A stretch of 64,000 nt of DNA from a virus. The position numbers and the translations under genes are program-made. A model generated the notes under the pieces. That model saw only the letters and a program-made list of their open reading frames with translations, was not told the DNA's origin and did no database searches. Numbering within the stretch: position 1 is the first letter of the stretch; each line of letters opens with the position of its first letter. Positions 27,621 to 37,850 of the stretch are shown piece by piece. Location: the IMG/VR virus record IMGVR_UViG_3300034121_000527, positions 29,973-93,972 of that record; one strand, 5' to 3'.

Positions 27621-27658
27621 AGCCCACTCAAGTCACCTCCACAACCCCTCTTCAAAAA

Positions 27659-27667
27659 TGATACGAT
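27659..27667 (+). promoter_or_regulatory. Extended -10 promoter for the dps island
   Basis: TG-A-TACGAT about 30 nt upstream of the dps ATG; SD AAGGAG. Confidence 0.5.
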
Positions 27668-27695
27668 TTGTGGTGGCAAATAACAAGGAGTTTTT

Positions 27696-28130
27696 ATGAA
27701 AGATTTAGCCAAGTCGCTCAAAGTGTTAGTGTCTGACGTAGTTACATTCTACTTTATGGCACATGGGTATCACTGGAATGTGGAGGGTCAGGACTTCAGC
27801 CAGTACCATTCATTGTTCTCGGAGATTTACGAAGATGCATACGGGTCAATTGACCCAATTGCTGAAAACATTCGTAAGTTGGATGATTATGCTCCCTTTA
27901 GTCTTCAAAAATTCCTTGATCTAAGAACTATTGATTTTAAAGATGTTCAACCTAATCCTAAGGCAATGGCCAAGTCATTGCTAACAGCAAATGATTCTTT
28001 GCTTGTATCTCTTAAAGATACCTTTGAAGCAGCTATGAAGGCCGACGAACAAGGTATTGCTAACTTCTTGTCAGAGCGTATTGACATGCACCAAAAATGG
28101 GCTTGGCAACTTCGAGCCTCAACCAAGTAA
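27696..28130 (+). CDS. dps: Dps ferritin-like DNA-protection protein
   Basis: HGYHWNVEG.DF...H.LF.EIY...DPIAENIR.L; H.KW.WQL.A C-terminus. Confidence 0.95.
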   Translation: MKDLAKSLKVLVSDVVTFYFMAHGYHWNVEGQDFSQYHSLFSEIYEDAYGSIDPIAENIRKLDDYAPFSLQKFLDLRTIDFKDVQPNPKAMAKSLLTANDSLLVSLKDTFEAAMKADEQGIANFLSERIDMHQKWAWQLRASTK

Positions 28131-28139
28131 GGAGCCAGC

Positions 28140-28439
28140 ATGGCAGAAAAAAAGAAAGCCCCAGCTAAAAAGACAGCCGCTTGGTCTCGTGCCGAGGGTA
28201 AAGACCCCAAGGGGGGTCTTAACGAAAAAGGACGCAAGTCCTATGAACGTGAGAACCCTGGTAGTGACCTTAAACCACCGGTAAAGAAAGAACAGGCCGC
28301 TAAGTCTGAGAAGTCAGCAGCGCGTCGTGATTCTTTCTGTGCGCGTATGGAAGGCATGAAGAAAAAGAACACTTCATCAAAAACAGCCAACGATCCTGAC
28401 TCCCGTATTAACAAGTCCTTGCGGGCTTGGGATTGCTAA
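28140..28439 (+). CDS. Basic protein, DUF6321-like
   Basis: EGKDPKGGLNEKGR.SY....GSDLKPPV...RRDSFCARM...SR...LRAW.C. Confidence 0.75.
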   Translation: MAEKKKAPAKKTAAWSRAEGKDPKGGLNEKGRKSYERENPGSDLKPPVKKEQAAKSEKSAARRDSFCARMEGMKKKNTSSKTANDPDSRINKSLRAWDC

Positions 28440-28440
28440 T

Positions 28441-28605
28441 ATGGCTGAAAAGAAAAAAGTATGGGAAACTAAAGACCCTACTAAGTCAGACAAAAAACTT
28501 ACCCCTGATCAAAAAGCTAAGGCAAAAGCTTCTGCCAAAGCGGCTGGTCGTCCTTACCCTAATCTTATTGATAATATGAAAGTATCCAAGAAGGGAGGTA
28601 AGTAG
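28441..28605 (+). CDS. 54-aa Lys/Ala-rich protein (not in ORF track)
   Basis: MAEKKKVWETKDPTKSDKKLTPDQKAKAKASAKAAGRPYPNLIDNMKVSKKGGK. Confidence 0.7.
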   Translation: MAEKKKVWETKDPTKSDKKLTPDQKAKAKASAKAAGRPYPNLIDNMKVSKKGGK

Positions 28606-28606
28606 T

Positions 28607-28720
28607 ATGTGCACAGCATGTGGATGTGATCTTAAGGACAAGAAGGACCCCGGCTATGGTAAGGGTCCTGCAAAGAAGAAAGCAGCACCAGCCAAGAAGG
28701 CAGCCCCTAAGAAAAAGTGA
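28607..28720 (+). CDS. 37-aa CxxCxC + histone-H1-like PAKK peptide (not in ORF track)
   Basis: MCTACGCDLKDKKDPGYGKGPAKKKAAPAKKAAPKKK; SD GGAGG. Confidence 0.7.
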   Translation: MCTACGCDLKDKKDPGYGKGPAKKKAAPAKKAAPKKK

Positions 28721-28754
28721 ACTCATTAATTTAGTAGTAGTTACTACTGAATAA

Positions 28755-28782
28755 CAAAAGGCCCCCGCAAGGGGGCCTTTTG
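28755..28782. terminator. Bidirectional intrinsic terminator
   Basis: CAAAAGGCCCCC-GCAA-GGGGGCCTTTTG between convergent genes. Confidence 0.92.
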
Positions 28783-28814
28783 CTTGGTTTGGGAACCGTA
28801 TGTAAAGGACAATA

Positions 28815-29588
28815 TTACTCGTCCGATTGACTATCTACAACCAAATTCATAATCTTTTTCAAAAGATCTTTATTTACTCCAAAGCCAAGTTCAGTCCCGT
28901 CATTAAACAATAACAGGATTGATCCAATTTCAATATCTTCTTTGACCTTGGTTGAACCAGTCAAAGCGTCAATTGCTTCCTCCTTGTTCTTTACCAGGAA
29001 CCCAGCATTAGCTGCCATTCTTTTTACTGATGCAGCTGGCATAATTTCAAGAGTTTCTCTATCAAAGCTAGTTACATCTAAATCAAGAACCTTGTCCAGA
29101 TGATCTTCCATTTCAGATACCTCTGTCACTGACAGGGTTACTTCACTTTGTTCTGGTAGGTCAACCACAATAGGACACAACCCATTAGTAAGCTCTAATG
29201 ATTCAAGACCACGGTTAATTGTACTGTTGGCAAGATTAAGTGAACGCTCAGGATTGATTTCATCCCACATGATAAGTGCAATACCAGGTTTGCAGTCAAC
29301 CAAAAGGTCAATCACTGTAGAGTCTACATCTTCTACTAGGGTCACATTTAAAGCATGGTTGCTCAATGCTTTTGGAAGTGGTCGTCCTTCCGAAGAAGCA
29401 ACTACCTCATAGTCAATTTCATTATCAAGCATCCAGTCATAAACGCATTCCATTGATGGGGAAATTGTTTTTGAACCATACCAGGGGATCACAAAAGCGT
29501 GTTTTGCAATATCATTAAGTGAAGCGTTAATTACTTCTTTTGGAACACTAGCCCCGCCAAGAATTCCGTATGTATTTGTCTTTGCCAT
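28815..29588 (-). CDS. Hypothetical protein
   Basis: Start moved to MAKTN, with SD AGGAG. Confidence 0.65.
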   Translation of the reverse strand: MAKTNTYGILGGASVPKEVINASLNDIAKHAFVIPWYGSKTISPSMECVYDWMLDNEIDYEVVASSEGRPLPKALSNHALNVTLVEDVDSTVIDLLVDCKPGIALIMWDEINPERSLNLANSTINRGLESLELTNGLCPIVVDLPEQSEVTLSVTEVSEMEDHLDKVLDLDVTSFDRETLEIMPAASVKRMAANAGFLVKNKEEAIDALTGSTKVKEDIEIGSILLLFNDGTELGFGVNKDLLKKIMNLVVDSQSDE

Positions 29589-29595
29589 AACACTC

Positions 29596-29850
29596 CTATC
29601 GAAGACTCTTGCGGTGTGCAGCATCTCCACTAAGAGTCAAAAGGCGGAGCGCTGAATGCACTGTACCAGATAAAGCTGCTATTGCAGCACCGGCTACAAT
29701 AATATTATCAACATCAATAACTAGGCACGCTAAATAAGATAGGGCTATTGAAGCCAATATTTTGACCCATGGCATTGCCTCTTTTGGAAGCAGCGAGTCA
29801 ATAAGTTGTAGCACTTTATATACAGCTAATGAAGCTATTAATAAGTTCAT
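29596..29850 (-). CDS. Small membrane protein (holin-like)
   Basis: 2-3 hydrophobic helices, basic C-terminus. Confidence 0.55.
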   Translation of the reverse strand: MNLLIASLAVYKVLQLIDSLLPKEAMPWVKILASIALSYLACLVIDVDNIIVAGAAIAALSGTVHSALRLLTLSGDAAHRKSLR

Positions 29851-32069
29851 GTGTCTCCTGGTATCACGTCGTACGTAACAGCATACTTGTAGGTGGGTGT
29901 TTTTGAAATTACATTACTAGTGTTTTTGTAGTAACCATTACTATACAGCGTTCCAGATGTTAAGAGCTCTGGGACTGGCAAGATACTTTGAAGGAATCTA
30001 GAAACTACTTGTTGTGTCTTTTTCCAGTTTGTACTGTATACAGAGTATGAATTATCTTTTTCTCCAAGCCATCGATAATCTGAAATGCTTCCAGTACTTA
30101 AGCCACTTAATAACCAACCACCTTCAACGGTATTTCCATCAAAGTAGGTTCCAATGTAGTCTCGCTCCAAAAGCGTGTAAGCAAAATCATTATAAGAAAT
30201 GCTTTGTCCTTGAAAAACATTATAATATTCAATAGATAAAGTTAACTGTCTATAACTAGTAACAGTGCTAGGTATTTCTAATCTCCAATATTTTGTTGAA
30301 CCAAATACCTGAGGGGTAACATCAGTTACAATTTCCCGCCCTACCGCCGTACCACCTGATGAATAAGCAACACCCGCGGTAAAATAAATAAAATAGAATT
30401 GTGTTGGACTGGAAGCAACAACCTGTGATGTGTGATCATAATCACTTGGTGTTACCCCAGTTACTGCAACAGTCTGTCCAGTAACAAAACCGTGAGGTGT
30501 TGTTGTGTTGTAAGTTGTTGTACCATAGAATGAAGAGTAAGAAGCACTGGATATACTGATTTCTGGTGGATTAGCGGCACCACCAGCTGTCCAAAAGGAA
30601 ACGGATTTAATAGCTCCCTGAACATCTTTTACCCCAGATACAGCACCAGGAACATTTATTGAAAAGTAAAAAGTTTCTCCACCAGTCGCATTTACATAAC
30701 TGTATGATTTATAGGCTTTACCAGATGTTGAAAACGTTCCCGGGCTGTTGCCTTGTGCAATTGTTTTAAAACTTGTAGTACTCAGCACAATTACGGATTG
30801 TTTAGATTTATTGTATCCGCTTGGGCTTACTCCAGTAATATCAACTAAATCACCATTAGTAAAGTTATGGGGAGTAGTAGTTGTATAAGTAAACGTTCCA
30901 GAAGATGCCGAGGAATACACAGCATTACTGACTGCATAAGTAATACCACCTGTTTCAAGTATAGAAGTACCAGTAGTCCCTTCTGGGGAAAAATTAAGCC
31001 AACTTTGAGTTGTAGGTGTTGCGGAAGTTAGAACAGTACTTGGGGTGCCTCCATCTAGTGGAGGAGTTGTAAAAGCTGAAGTGCTAGCGTTCCCATTATC
31101 GTAAACAACCCCACCATAACTACTGGAGGGGTATCCTCCATCAATACCAGCGGCAACCCCATTAACAAACCGTGGATCTTTAAGTAAATTTACTCTCTCA
31201 GAGTAAACTTTTATAGTTTTGTTAGTTGAGTTAACCTCAACATTAGCACCACATATTGCCTCTAGATACTTTTCAATGGAACTTGGTGAACCGTTATTGC
31301 GTCTTGTAGTGCTCACTACCTTTAGTAATTCTCGTAATCTCTGTGATCCCAAATCATTAGTTGTTACGGGTACACCCATATCTTGAGCCAAAAAATTAAG
31401 AGTTTCTTCGTTGCCTACAAAAGGATCTTTCATAGCCATACTAAAATCTAGTGTTGTACGAACTTTGTCAACTTCCCAACCAAATATTGATAGGTACTTT
31501 TTAAGATCCCCGGTATTATTCTCATCCTGATTTTGGTAGTACACAGGAATTTTTGAATATAAATCCTCAGTAGAACCATAGTCATTTGGGATTAATACCT
31601 CTAACTTTGCAACCTGTTCGTAGTAGTCATCACCACTAGTTGATAGGTACCTAATAAACATTGTGTAATATGCCCAATCATCAGCAATACCCACATGTCT
31701 AAATTCCCCAATAGTTCTTGTATCCACTATTCTTGTTCCCTCAGCAATAGTGTCTGGGCATCCAGTTGATGAGTACACAATATGCACAGAATAGGGCTTT
31801 GGAAGAGATGTAGCATCATACAATGTAAGCCCCCAACTAAGTACTACTGATTGGTAGTCATACGCATATGCTTCAAAAAATGCAGCGTTAGATAGTTTTC
31901 CACCTGCAGTTATCTGTGTATCAAGAATTGGGGCTATCTGTACATCGTCACCTTTAATATATGTAGCAGAAGCACCGTGAGTAGACGCACCAAATGTAGC
32001 TGTATCATACTGCACATACGAACCACCAAATGACTGGGTGTCTCTTAGTATAAAAGATTTACGTGTCAT
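29847..32069 (-). CDS. Baseplate wedge / tail protein I-like with beta-rich repeats
   Basis: LYSKIPVYY...L.KYL..FG...L.FLA.DMG...RR.NG.....E; follows baseplate J. Confidence 0.7.
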   Translation of the reverse strand: MTRKSFILRDTQSFGGSYVQYDTATFGASTHGASATYIKGDDVQIAPILDTQITAGGKLSNAAFFEAYAYDYQSVVLSWGLTLYDATSLPKPYSVHIVYSSTGCPDTIAEGTRIVDTRTIGEFRHVGIADDWAYYTMFIRYLSTSGDDYYEQVAKLEVLIPNDYGSTEDLYSKIPVYYQNQDENNTGDLKKYLSIFGWEVDKVRTTLDFSMAMKDPFVGNEETLNFLAQDMGVPVTTNDLGSQRLRELLKVVSTTRRNNGSPSSIEKYLEAICGANVEVNSTNKTIKVYSERVNLLKDPRFVNGVAAGIDGGYPSSSYGGVVYDNGNASTSAFTTPPLDGGTPSTVLTSATPTTQSWLNFSPEGTTGTSILETGGITYAVSNAVYSSASSGTFTYTTTTPHNFTNGDLVDITGVSPSGYNKSKQSVIVLSTTSFKTIAQGNSPGTFSTSGKAYKSYSYVNATGGETFYFSINVPGAVSGVKDVQGAIKSVSFWTAGGAANPPEISISSASYSSFYGTTTYNTTTPHGFVTGQTVAVTGVTPSDYDHTSQVVASSPTQFYFIYFTAGVAYSSGGTAVGREIVTDVTPQVFGSTKYWRLEIPSTVTSYRQLTLSIEYYNVFQGQSISYNDFAYTLLERDYIGTYFDGNTVEGGWLLSGLSTGSISDYRWLGEKDNSYSVYSTNWKKTQQVVSRFLQSILPVPELLTSGTLYSNGYYKNTSNVISKTPTYKYAVTYDVIPGDT

Positions 32070-32076
32070 GTTTTTA

Positions 32077-33549
32077 CTACACGCTCATTCCTGAAAGCAT
32101 AGTTACCCCTATATTTCCTTTTCTTAAAACACTAGCTGGGTCTAAGGTAGTAACTATGTTCCCAGAAGCAGCAGCAGAACTTCTCATTTCAAATGCAGTT
32201 ATATCTATGTAGTCTATCCCATCCAATGCCATTACAGTTTTGTATACTTCTGACTTTCTAAGTTGTTTACCAAAATCAGTATTATCAAAATCTAGCAAAC
32301 CATTAATTGCGTTTTTTACATTTGTTTCAACCCAACTTCTCACAAAACCATCAGACACAGTAACAGTTATGTCTATATCTAATCTAACTACAGGGATTGA
32401 AGATACTGCAACTGGGGTGACACCTAACATAGATCTTGGGGTTACAAACGATAATATTGAAGTTCTTAAAGCAGCAGGAACAGCTATTGAGTACCCAGTC
32501 ATTGTTAAGAAATCGCTAGTGTATGGAAGTGCATAAAGGTTTACTGATGCGTTTGCACCTGACGTTGGGGTGTACGTTGCAACAGCTTTATAAACCCCAT
32601 TAACCGATTTAGTAAGATCAGCGTAATCAACAAGAGTTACGGCCCTATCCTGTGTACGCATGTACGAAACAATATTGGTTTTAAGAGTTTCTGCGGTTTC
32701 TCCGTTACTACCACCAGTAGCCGAAGTTGAGCCGTTTATTGTAATGTACGAAGGAGTGCTACTAACAAAACTATTTATTAAATTACTACCAATGTTTCCA
32801 TTTACTCCAGAACTTCTAGTGTAGTTAATTGTAATAGTTGACCCGGATGGAGGAATAAAACCATTTGTACGGTTACCAAAAGTAACACGTACATCACCAG
32901 ACGCAGCCAAAGAAACAACAAACCCTCTAGCATTTTTAGGGATTTCCTGCACAGATGCGTACCTTAACCATAAGGTTTTAACGCCATCCTCAGTCACGTA
33001 CACCGAAGTTGTTTTCATATCTGCGTCTGAATACCCAATAAGGTACGACTGGTTTGGGGCCCCACTTGCTGAAGTAGACAGTACTTCATCAACAATCTTA
33101 GTTCCTTCAAAAAGGTTAACCGCAGCACTAACACTTGGCCCAACTGTAGCATCATCTATATTATAAAAATAATAAATTTTATTGTCTGATACTGCAGAAA
33201 ACTTAGTTCCTGCGGGAATGCTATATGTACTTGCAGAAGAGCTATTTGATATGTAAACAGTTGCCATTGCTGAAGCCCTACCACTAGGTACATACCCAAA
33301 CATATTTGCGTACGCAACAAGGCTTTCTCTTTGTGTAGCAGTACTTATGAAAGATTCACGCCCAGCTCTATCCACATAATAATGTAGGATGTCCCCCATA
33401 TAAGACCATAAGTCCACAAATAACATACCAAAGTCAGAAGGATCACGGTCGGTCCATTCTGGGGACACTTTATTTGCCCTAGTCAATAGGTCTTGACGGA
33501 TGGTTGAGTATGTCCTACTTGCGTAGTTAAATGTTTGTTCAGTTGCCAT
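32077..33549 (-). CDS. Baseplate J / gp6-like wedge protein
   Basis: EWTD...SDFG..FVDL.SY.GD..HYY.DR...E.FI.TA; FG....G.IP; ATGG...E; RAVT..DY. Confidence 0.9.
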   Translation of the reverse strand: MATEQTFNYASRTYSTIRQDLLTRANKVSPEWTDRDPSDFGMLFVDLWSYMGDILHYYVDRAGRESFISTATQRESLVAYANMFGYVPSGRASAMATVYISNSSSASTYSIPAGTKFSAVSDNKIYYFYNIDDATVGPSVSAAVNLFEGTKIVDEVLSTSASGAPNQSYLIGYSDADMKTTSVYVTEDGVKTLWLRYASVQEIPKNARGFVVSLAASGDVRVTFGNRTNGFIPPSGSTITINYTRSSGVNGNIGSNLINSFVSSTPSYITINGSTSATGGSNGETAETLKTNIVSYMRTQDRAVTLVDYADLTKSVNGVYKAVATYTPTSGANASVNLYALPYTSDFLTMTGYSIAVPAALRTSILSFVTPRSMLGVTPVAVSSIPVVRLDIDITVTVSDGFVRSWVETNVKNAINGLLDFDNTDFGKQLRKSEVYKTVMALDGIDYIDITAFEMRSSAAASGNIVTTLDPASVLRKGNIGVTMLSGMSV

Positions 33550-33557
33550 TTTTCACC

Positions 33558-33956
33558 TTACACAATCGTATCTTCAGTAATTAAACCAGGAACAGCTATC
33601 TTTATATTGCTTCTTTGTACAACGCCCAGAGGGAGACGGTATGTAACGTACACGTTAAGTGTAGGATCAGAGTTTGTTATAGATGAGGCATCAAACCACA
33701 TATCTAGTATAGTCGCATTTTTTATACCATCTTCAAGATCCATTAAAGCATCAATCTTAGCGTCAATTAACATTAGGTCATCTGGGATCTCATTAATTAA
33801 GGATGCAACTGTACTTCCATAACTAGGGTTTAGGATTCTTTCTAGTTTTTGTGTATTTAATACATTCTCTATTTTTTGGTTTATAACAGTAGAAACATCT
33901 TTAGTTGCTGATACTTTTCCACCAACAAAAGTGAAGGGTGTTTTAATTGCTTTCAT
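33558..33956 (-). CDS. gp25/GpW-like baseplate wedge protein
   Basis: L.T.K.ERI.NP.YGS motif; position before baseplate J. Confidence 0.8.
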   Translation of the reverse strand: MKAIKTPFTFVGGKVSATKDVSTVINQKIENVLNTQKLERILNPSYGSTVASLINEIPDDLMLIDAKIDALMDLEDGIKNATILDMWFDASSITNSDPTLNVYVTYRLPLGVVQRSNIKIAVPGLITEDTIV

Positions 33957-33969
33957 AGAATCCTCCTAA

Positions 33970-34206
33970 TTACGCTGTTCTACCATTGATATTGCTTACT
34001 AAATAAACTCTATTAAAGTTTTCTCCCTCAACAGCAACTAGAACTTGGTCACCTTCAGAAGGTGGCCAATCTGCACCAACGTTGGTTGGTCTGTACACAG
34101 ATATAGTTTCATTTGCTCCAAGTATTGAAGGTATTTTTACGTAAACCTCTTGGTCTAGTGACCTAACTACAAGGGCTCTATGAAGAGTTATGTCTGAACT
34201 AGGCAT
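33970..34206 (-). CDS. Baseplate spike OB-fold (gp5/GpV N-terminal-like)
   Basis: RALVV...VKIP.ILG...P..GDQVLVA.EG. Confidence 0.7.
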   Translation of the reverse strand: MPSSDITLHRALVVRSLDQEVYVKIPSILGANETISVYRPTNVGADWPPSEGDQVLVAVEGENFNRVYLVSNINGRTA

Positions 34207-35359
34207 ATTCTACCGACCTCATTGTGGGTGTTACCCATTTACCATCCATAAGTTTAGCCTCCAGTGGTGTAGAAAAAGCGGTTACTTTAGAAGCACTCGG
34301 TAACTCTTCAAATTTAGTGTCTTTTGATATAACTAAGTCTGTAACATAGTTTGCCGATTTAACAGAATGCTTAACCTCAGTGATATACCACACACCATCA
34401 AACTCAGAGGAGTACCCACGCAAGTCTATAATGCCTCCTGGCACAGCACCAGCTCCATACATAACTTTCATATTTGCATTGTATATAGGACTATACTTAT
34501 CTTGAGAATCTACTATTCTTAAACCCTCTTCTAAAGATGCCGCAGAATAATAAAGAGGTTTTTTAAAAAGGTTAGTTAAAGAACTTACCCCTGGAGTAAA
34601 CTCAGTTCCATCAGAAGTAACCGTGTGTACACTGCTTTGGTTATCCAATACAGTAATAACAGACTTACTAGCATTAGCACTTGAGGATATACGACCAAGT
34701 GTTGCTTCAAAATTTAAAACAGAAAATGGTTGGTTAGACTGAAGTTTATTACTGGTTAGGGCTCTATGGTAAGAAGGGAATCTTCCAAATGCTTTTAACC
34801 TATCCCAAATGTGTATGTGAGTTCCATGTACATTAAAAGAATACCCAAAAGTTTTGCACACTTTGTTTAAAAATGCCCAATCGCTTTCCATAGATTGCAC
34901 TAGTCTTACTGGCCTATACGAATCTTTTGGGTAGTCAATACTAAAACGATGACGATTAGCTATCTCAGTTACAACATTTTCCAAAGTAGGATAATCCCAA
35001 ACTTTTGAGTTTATTTCTTTCATGACATATGATGCCCCAAGACAATACAACCTAGCTAATTGTATAGGGCTATCATTAACTAGCCCATCTCTGTTATGTG
35101 TAACAGGTTCAGTGTACGAAACATATCCATTAAACGTCTGACTTCTACCAGGCGAAGACCCAACAGAAAACTGAACTGGAGAACCAATGTAGTCTGTTAA
35201 CGCCAATGGGGGGATACCAGCCATAGTAACTACTAGAATATCATGTTTGTTTTCTGACAAAGTTAGTTCGTATTCTGTTAAAGAACTATACATAACTGGA
35301 GATCCAAAAAGAACAAAGGTGCAATCTCCAGCAAGAGAATTTGAAGAGGCTGTTATCAT
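34199..35359 (-). CDS. Baseplate hub (gp27/GpD/VgrG-like)
   Basis: Q..ESDWAFL......G; G.....FDG.WYITEVKH. Confidence 0.85.
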   Translation of the reverse strand: MITASSNSLAGDCTFVLFGSPVMYSSLTEYELTLSENKHDILVVTMAGIPPLALTDYIGSPVQFSVGSSPGRSQTFNGYVSYTEPVTHNRDGLVNDSPIQLARLYCLGASYVMKEINSKVWDYPTLENVVTEIANRHRFSIDYPKDSYRPVRLVQSMESDWAFLNKVCKTFGYSFNVHGTHIHIWDRLKAFGRFPSYHRALTSNKLQSNQPFSVLNFEATLGRISSSANASKSVITVLDNQSSVHTVTSDGTEFTPGVSSLTNLFKKPLYYSAASLEEGLRIVDSQDKYSPIYNANMKVMYGAGAVPGGIIDLRGYSSEFDGVWYITEVKHSVKSANYVTDLVISKDTKFEELPSASKVTAFSTPLEAKLMDGKWVTPTMRSVEYA

Positions 35360-35601
35360 GTGGGTATCCGTAAGGAGGTACCAACAGGTATACGATCAGG
35401 CCATTGTACTTGTGGATTAATATCTGCAATTTCCCAGTATCTGGTTTGGTCATTTAGGAAGCGTATACTGAGTGACATAAACGTATCCCCCTGTTGAGAT
35501 GTATACACAACATATTGACTACTAGCGAATCTTGTCCTAGAGGCAGTCTGACCAGAAGCATCCAGGCTATATCTGTCTGTTGATAGGTACTGAGTTTTCA
35601 T
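35356..35601 (-). CDS. LysM / tail-X protein
   Basis: YT...GDTF..LS.RFL.D...YWEIADINP.....IPVGT.LRIP. Confidence 0.85.
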   Translation of the reverse strand: MKTQYLSTDRYSLDASGQTASRTRFASSQYVVYTSQQGDTFMSLSIRFLNDQTRYWEIADINPQVQWPDRIPVGTSLRIPT

Positions 35602-37850
35602 GATACCGTTCCAATTGGTCCATACAAAAGACCTTGTGCAGATGGGTAAACTTGTCTAGCTGATGCTACATATTTGGTAGTTGATCCTTGTAACACATCA
35701 GCCACTCTAGTGGTAACTAATGAAAACGGAACAGTTCCAGCATTAGCTACAGTTAGTACTTTTATTTCTAAAGATGTTTCAGTAACTACCACAAAGTATC
35801 TATTATTTAAATCATGTACAGTTCTAGCTACTGATAACAATGAGTCCGGTAGTGCACTATAAGTTCCCGCTGGAAAGGTACTGGAACCATAAGTAACATT
35901 AGTCCCATCAACAGCACTATCCCATCTTGGGTTAGTGTTTTCTTGAGAAGAACCAGGGGTAGCACGATATAATTTTGTTAATTGTGCTGTGTCATTAACT
36001 TTTTGAGTAGAAGTACCAGTTAAACCACTCACATACGTAGTAATAGAACTAACTACAGAACTAAAAGCAGAAACATTAGAACTGTTAGTAGTTGCTGGGG
36101 TAATAGGGTTGGCAGCTTGATTAGAATCATTAAAAAAGTTGTCATTAGGAGAGTTTGCAGATAGCAAGAAATCATGGGGACCATCTGCAAAATCTTCCCA
36201 TGCTTCCTTACTAGCAATGTCGGCCCCAACAAAGTAATTACCAAGTAGCTTCACTCCTGTTGGGTAATCATTTGTACCTGGGTAAGCACCAGGCGTTACA
36301 CCAAGTTTGTTTACTTTAAAAGCAGTAGCTGCTGCACTTGTAGAAAATGGTCCGTATATTCTTGCACCTATATTTATTTTGATATTTGGTGTTTCTTTGT
36401 CGTACTCTTCAAACACTTTTTTAGATATTTCATCTTTTTCTGCTTTACTACTAACAAGTGTAACTGTCAAACCCGGCATAAAGTTTGGGGTGGTAGTTGG
36501 GCTAACATAAGATATACGATATGAAGGATCATAGTCTAATGTGGGGTCTTTTACAAGAGTAGATTCATTTACAATGTAAGGACGTCTATACCAAAAGTTT
36601 TTAGTTCCATAAAGCCATATTGGTTGGTAAATAAGACCTGAGTCAGCTTTGTTACTACCTTCTTTGTTACTACCAGTACTTAATGCCCATTCTGAAGTTG
36701 CTTCAGAGATATCACTAAGAATTCTTTTGTCACTGCTATACCCAACATTTATTGCTGTTAAATTTTTAGCAAGAATTTTTGTAATCTCAAAATTTGAAGA
36801 ATCTGCAAGCTGCTGTCCATCCGTGTTTGCGGCAGCAGTATCTGCAAGCTGTTGAGAAATAAATGTTTTGTTTTTTGCAAAGCCAATATAAACTGCTTGC
36901 ATTTGTAAAAACACTTTGCATTGTATTGGAATCATTTTTGCACTAAACTTTGTAAATAAAACTCGGGTGTTCATCACAAACCCATCAACCATAAACATTG
37001 GAGAAAATATAACTCGACATGGTTGTGGTATTAGAAAAGCGGAGTTTCCAACATTTATATTAGACATAAAACTCAAATTTGTTGAAGCAGTACTAGATGG
37101 GTCATTTATGTCGTTTATAAAATCTGCTAAACTTTGCGAGTTACTATCTACTGTAATATCATCACCTTCGCCAGTGGTCACACCATTATATCTAGTTGTA
37201 CCATCACTTGAATCTACTTGGATGTTTAACTCAGAGTAGTTTTTACTTGCGTAGTACGCAATGTCTGATCTAGTTTTATCTTCTTGAGCTTTCATTAACT
37301 CTGCGCTTAACCCTTGCCCAATTATTGAATACAATACTCTTAAGTCATGAAAAACACCTACAGTTTGGGGTGAATCCTGATCAGGTACTTGTGAGTTACC
37401 TTCTTTAGTAAATAGAGAAACAGCACTATTAACTTCTGTAGTTCTATCAAAAATTAATTCAAAAGCAAACGAAGCGTTTCCAGCCATAGGCTGGGTAAGT
37501 TGCTTAGGGTCTTGAAGTATTGGTAAGTACATATCCTTACGTGCTTCAATCATATGCTCAATATCCTGAGGGTTAAATTGGAACCTACAGCGCATGTTTG
37601 GGAACATTGCTCGACCTTCACCTTGGTCAGTTATGAGGTTTCGTATAAATCCACGGGTCAATCTTGTTGTGTGGTTAGTAGTATCAAAGGTACTATCAAC
37701 ACTTACAGAACCTGTGCGTACAAGGTTTGGATTAAAAGCAAAGTCTTTGTTAATTACATCATTTTTTTTATCACCAGCACCTCTAGCAGTACCCGGTGAA
37801 GTTTGATCTAGAAAATCATATAAATCAGGGTAATTTTTATACGAGGCCAT
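35598..37850 (-). CDS. Tail tube initiator-like structural protein with long C-terminal extension
   Basis: FQFNP..I, FELIFDRT motifs; sits between tape measure and LysM genes. Confidence 0.6.
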   Translation of the reverse strand: MASYKNYPDLYDFLDQTSPGTARGAGDKKNDVINKDFAFNPNLVRTGSVSVDSTFDTTNHTTRLTRGFIRNLITDQGEGRAMFPNMRCRFQFNPQDIEHMIEARKDMYLPILQDPKQLTQPMAGNASFAFELIFDRTTEVNSAVSLFTKEGNSQVPDQDSPQTVGVFHDLRVLYSIIGQGLSAELMKAQEDKTRSDIAYYASKNYSELNIQVDSSDGTTRYNGVTTGEGDDITVDSNSQSLADFINDINDPSSTASTNLSFMSNINVGNSAFLIPQPCRVIFSPMFMVDGFVMNTRVLFTKFSAKMIPIQCKVFLQMQAVYIGFAKNKTFISQQLADTAAANTDGQQLADSSNFEITKILAKNLTAINVGYSSDKRILSDISEATSEWALSTGSNKEGSNKADSGLIYQPIWLYGTKNFWYRRPYIVNESTLVKDPTLDYDPSYRISYVSPTTTPNFMPGLTVTLVSSKAEKDEISKKVFEEYDKETPNIKINIGARIYGPFSTSAAATAFKVNKLGVTPGAYPGTNDYPTGVKLLGNYFVGADIASKEAWEDFADGPHDFLLSANSPNDNFFNDSNQAANPITPATTNSSNVSAFSSVVSSITTYVSGLTGTSTQKVNDTAQLTKLYRATPGSSQENTNPRWDSAVDGTNVTYGSSTFPAGTYSALPDSLLSVARTVHDLNNRYFVVVTETSLEIKVLTVANAGTVPFSLVTTRVADVLQGSTTKYVASARQVYPSAQGLLYGPIGTVS

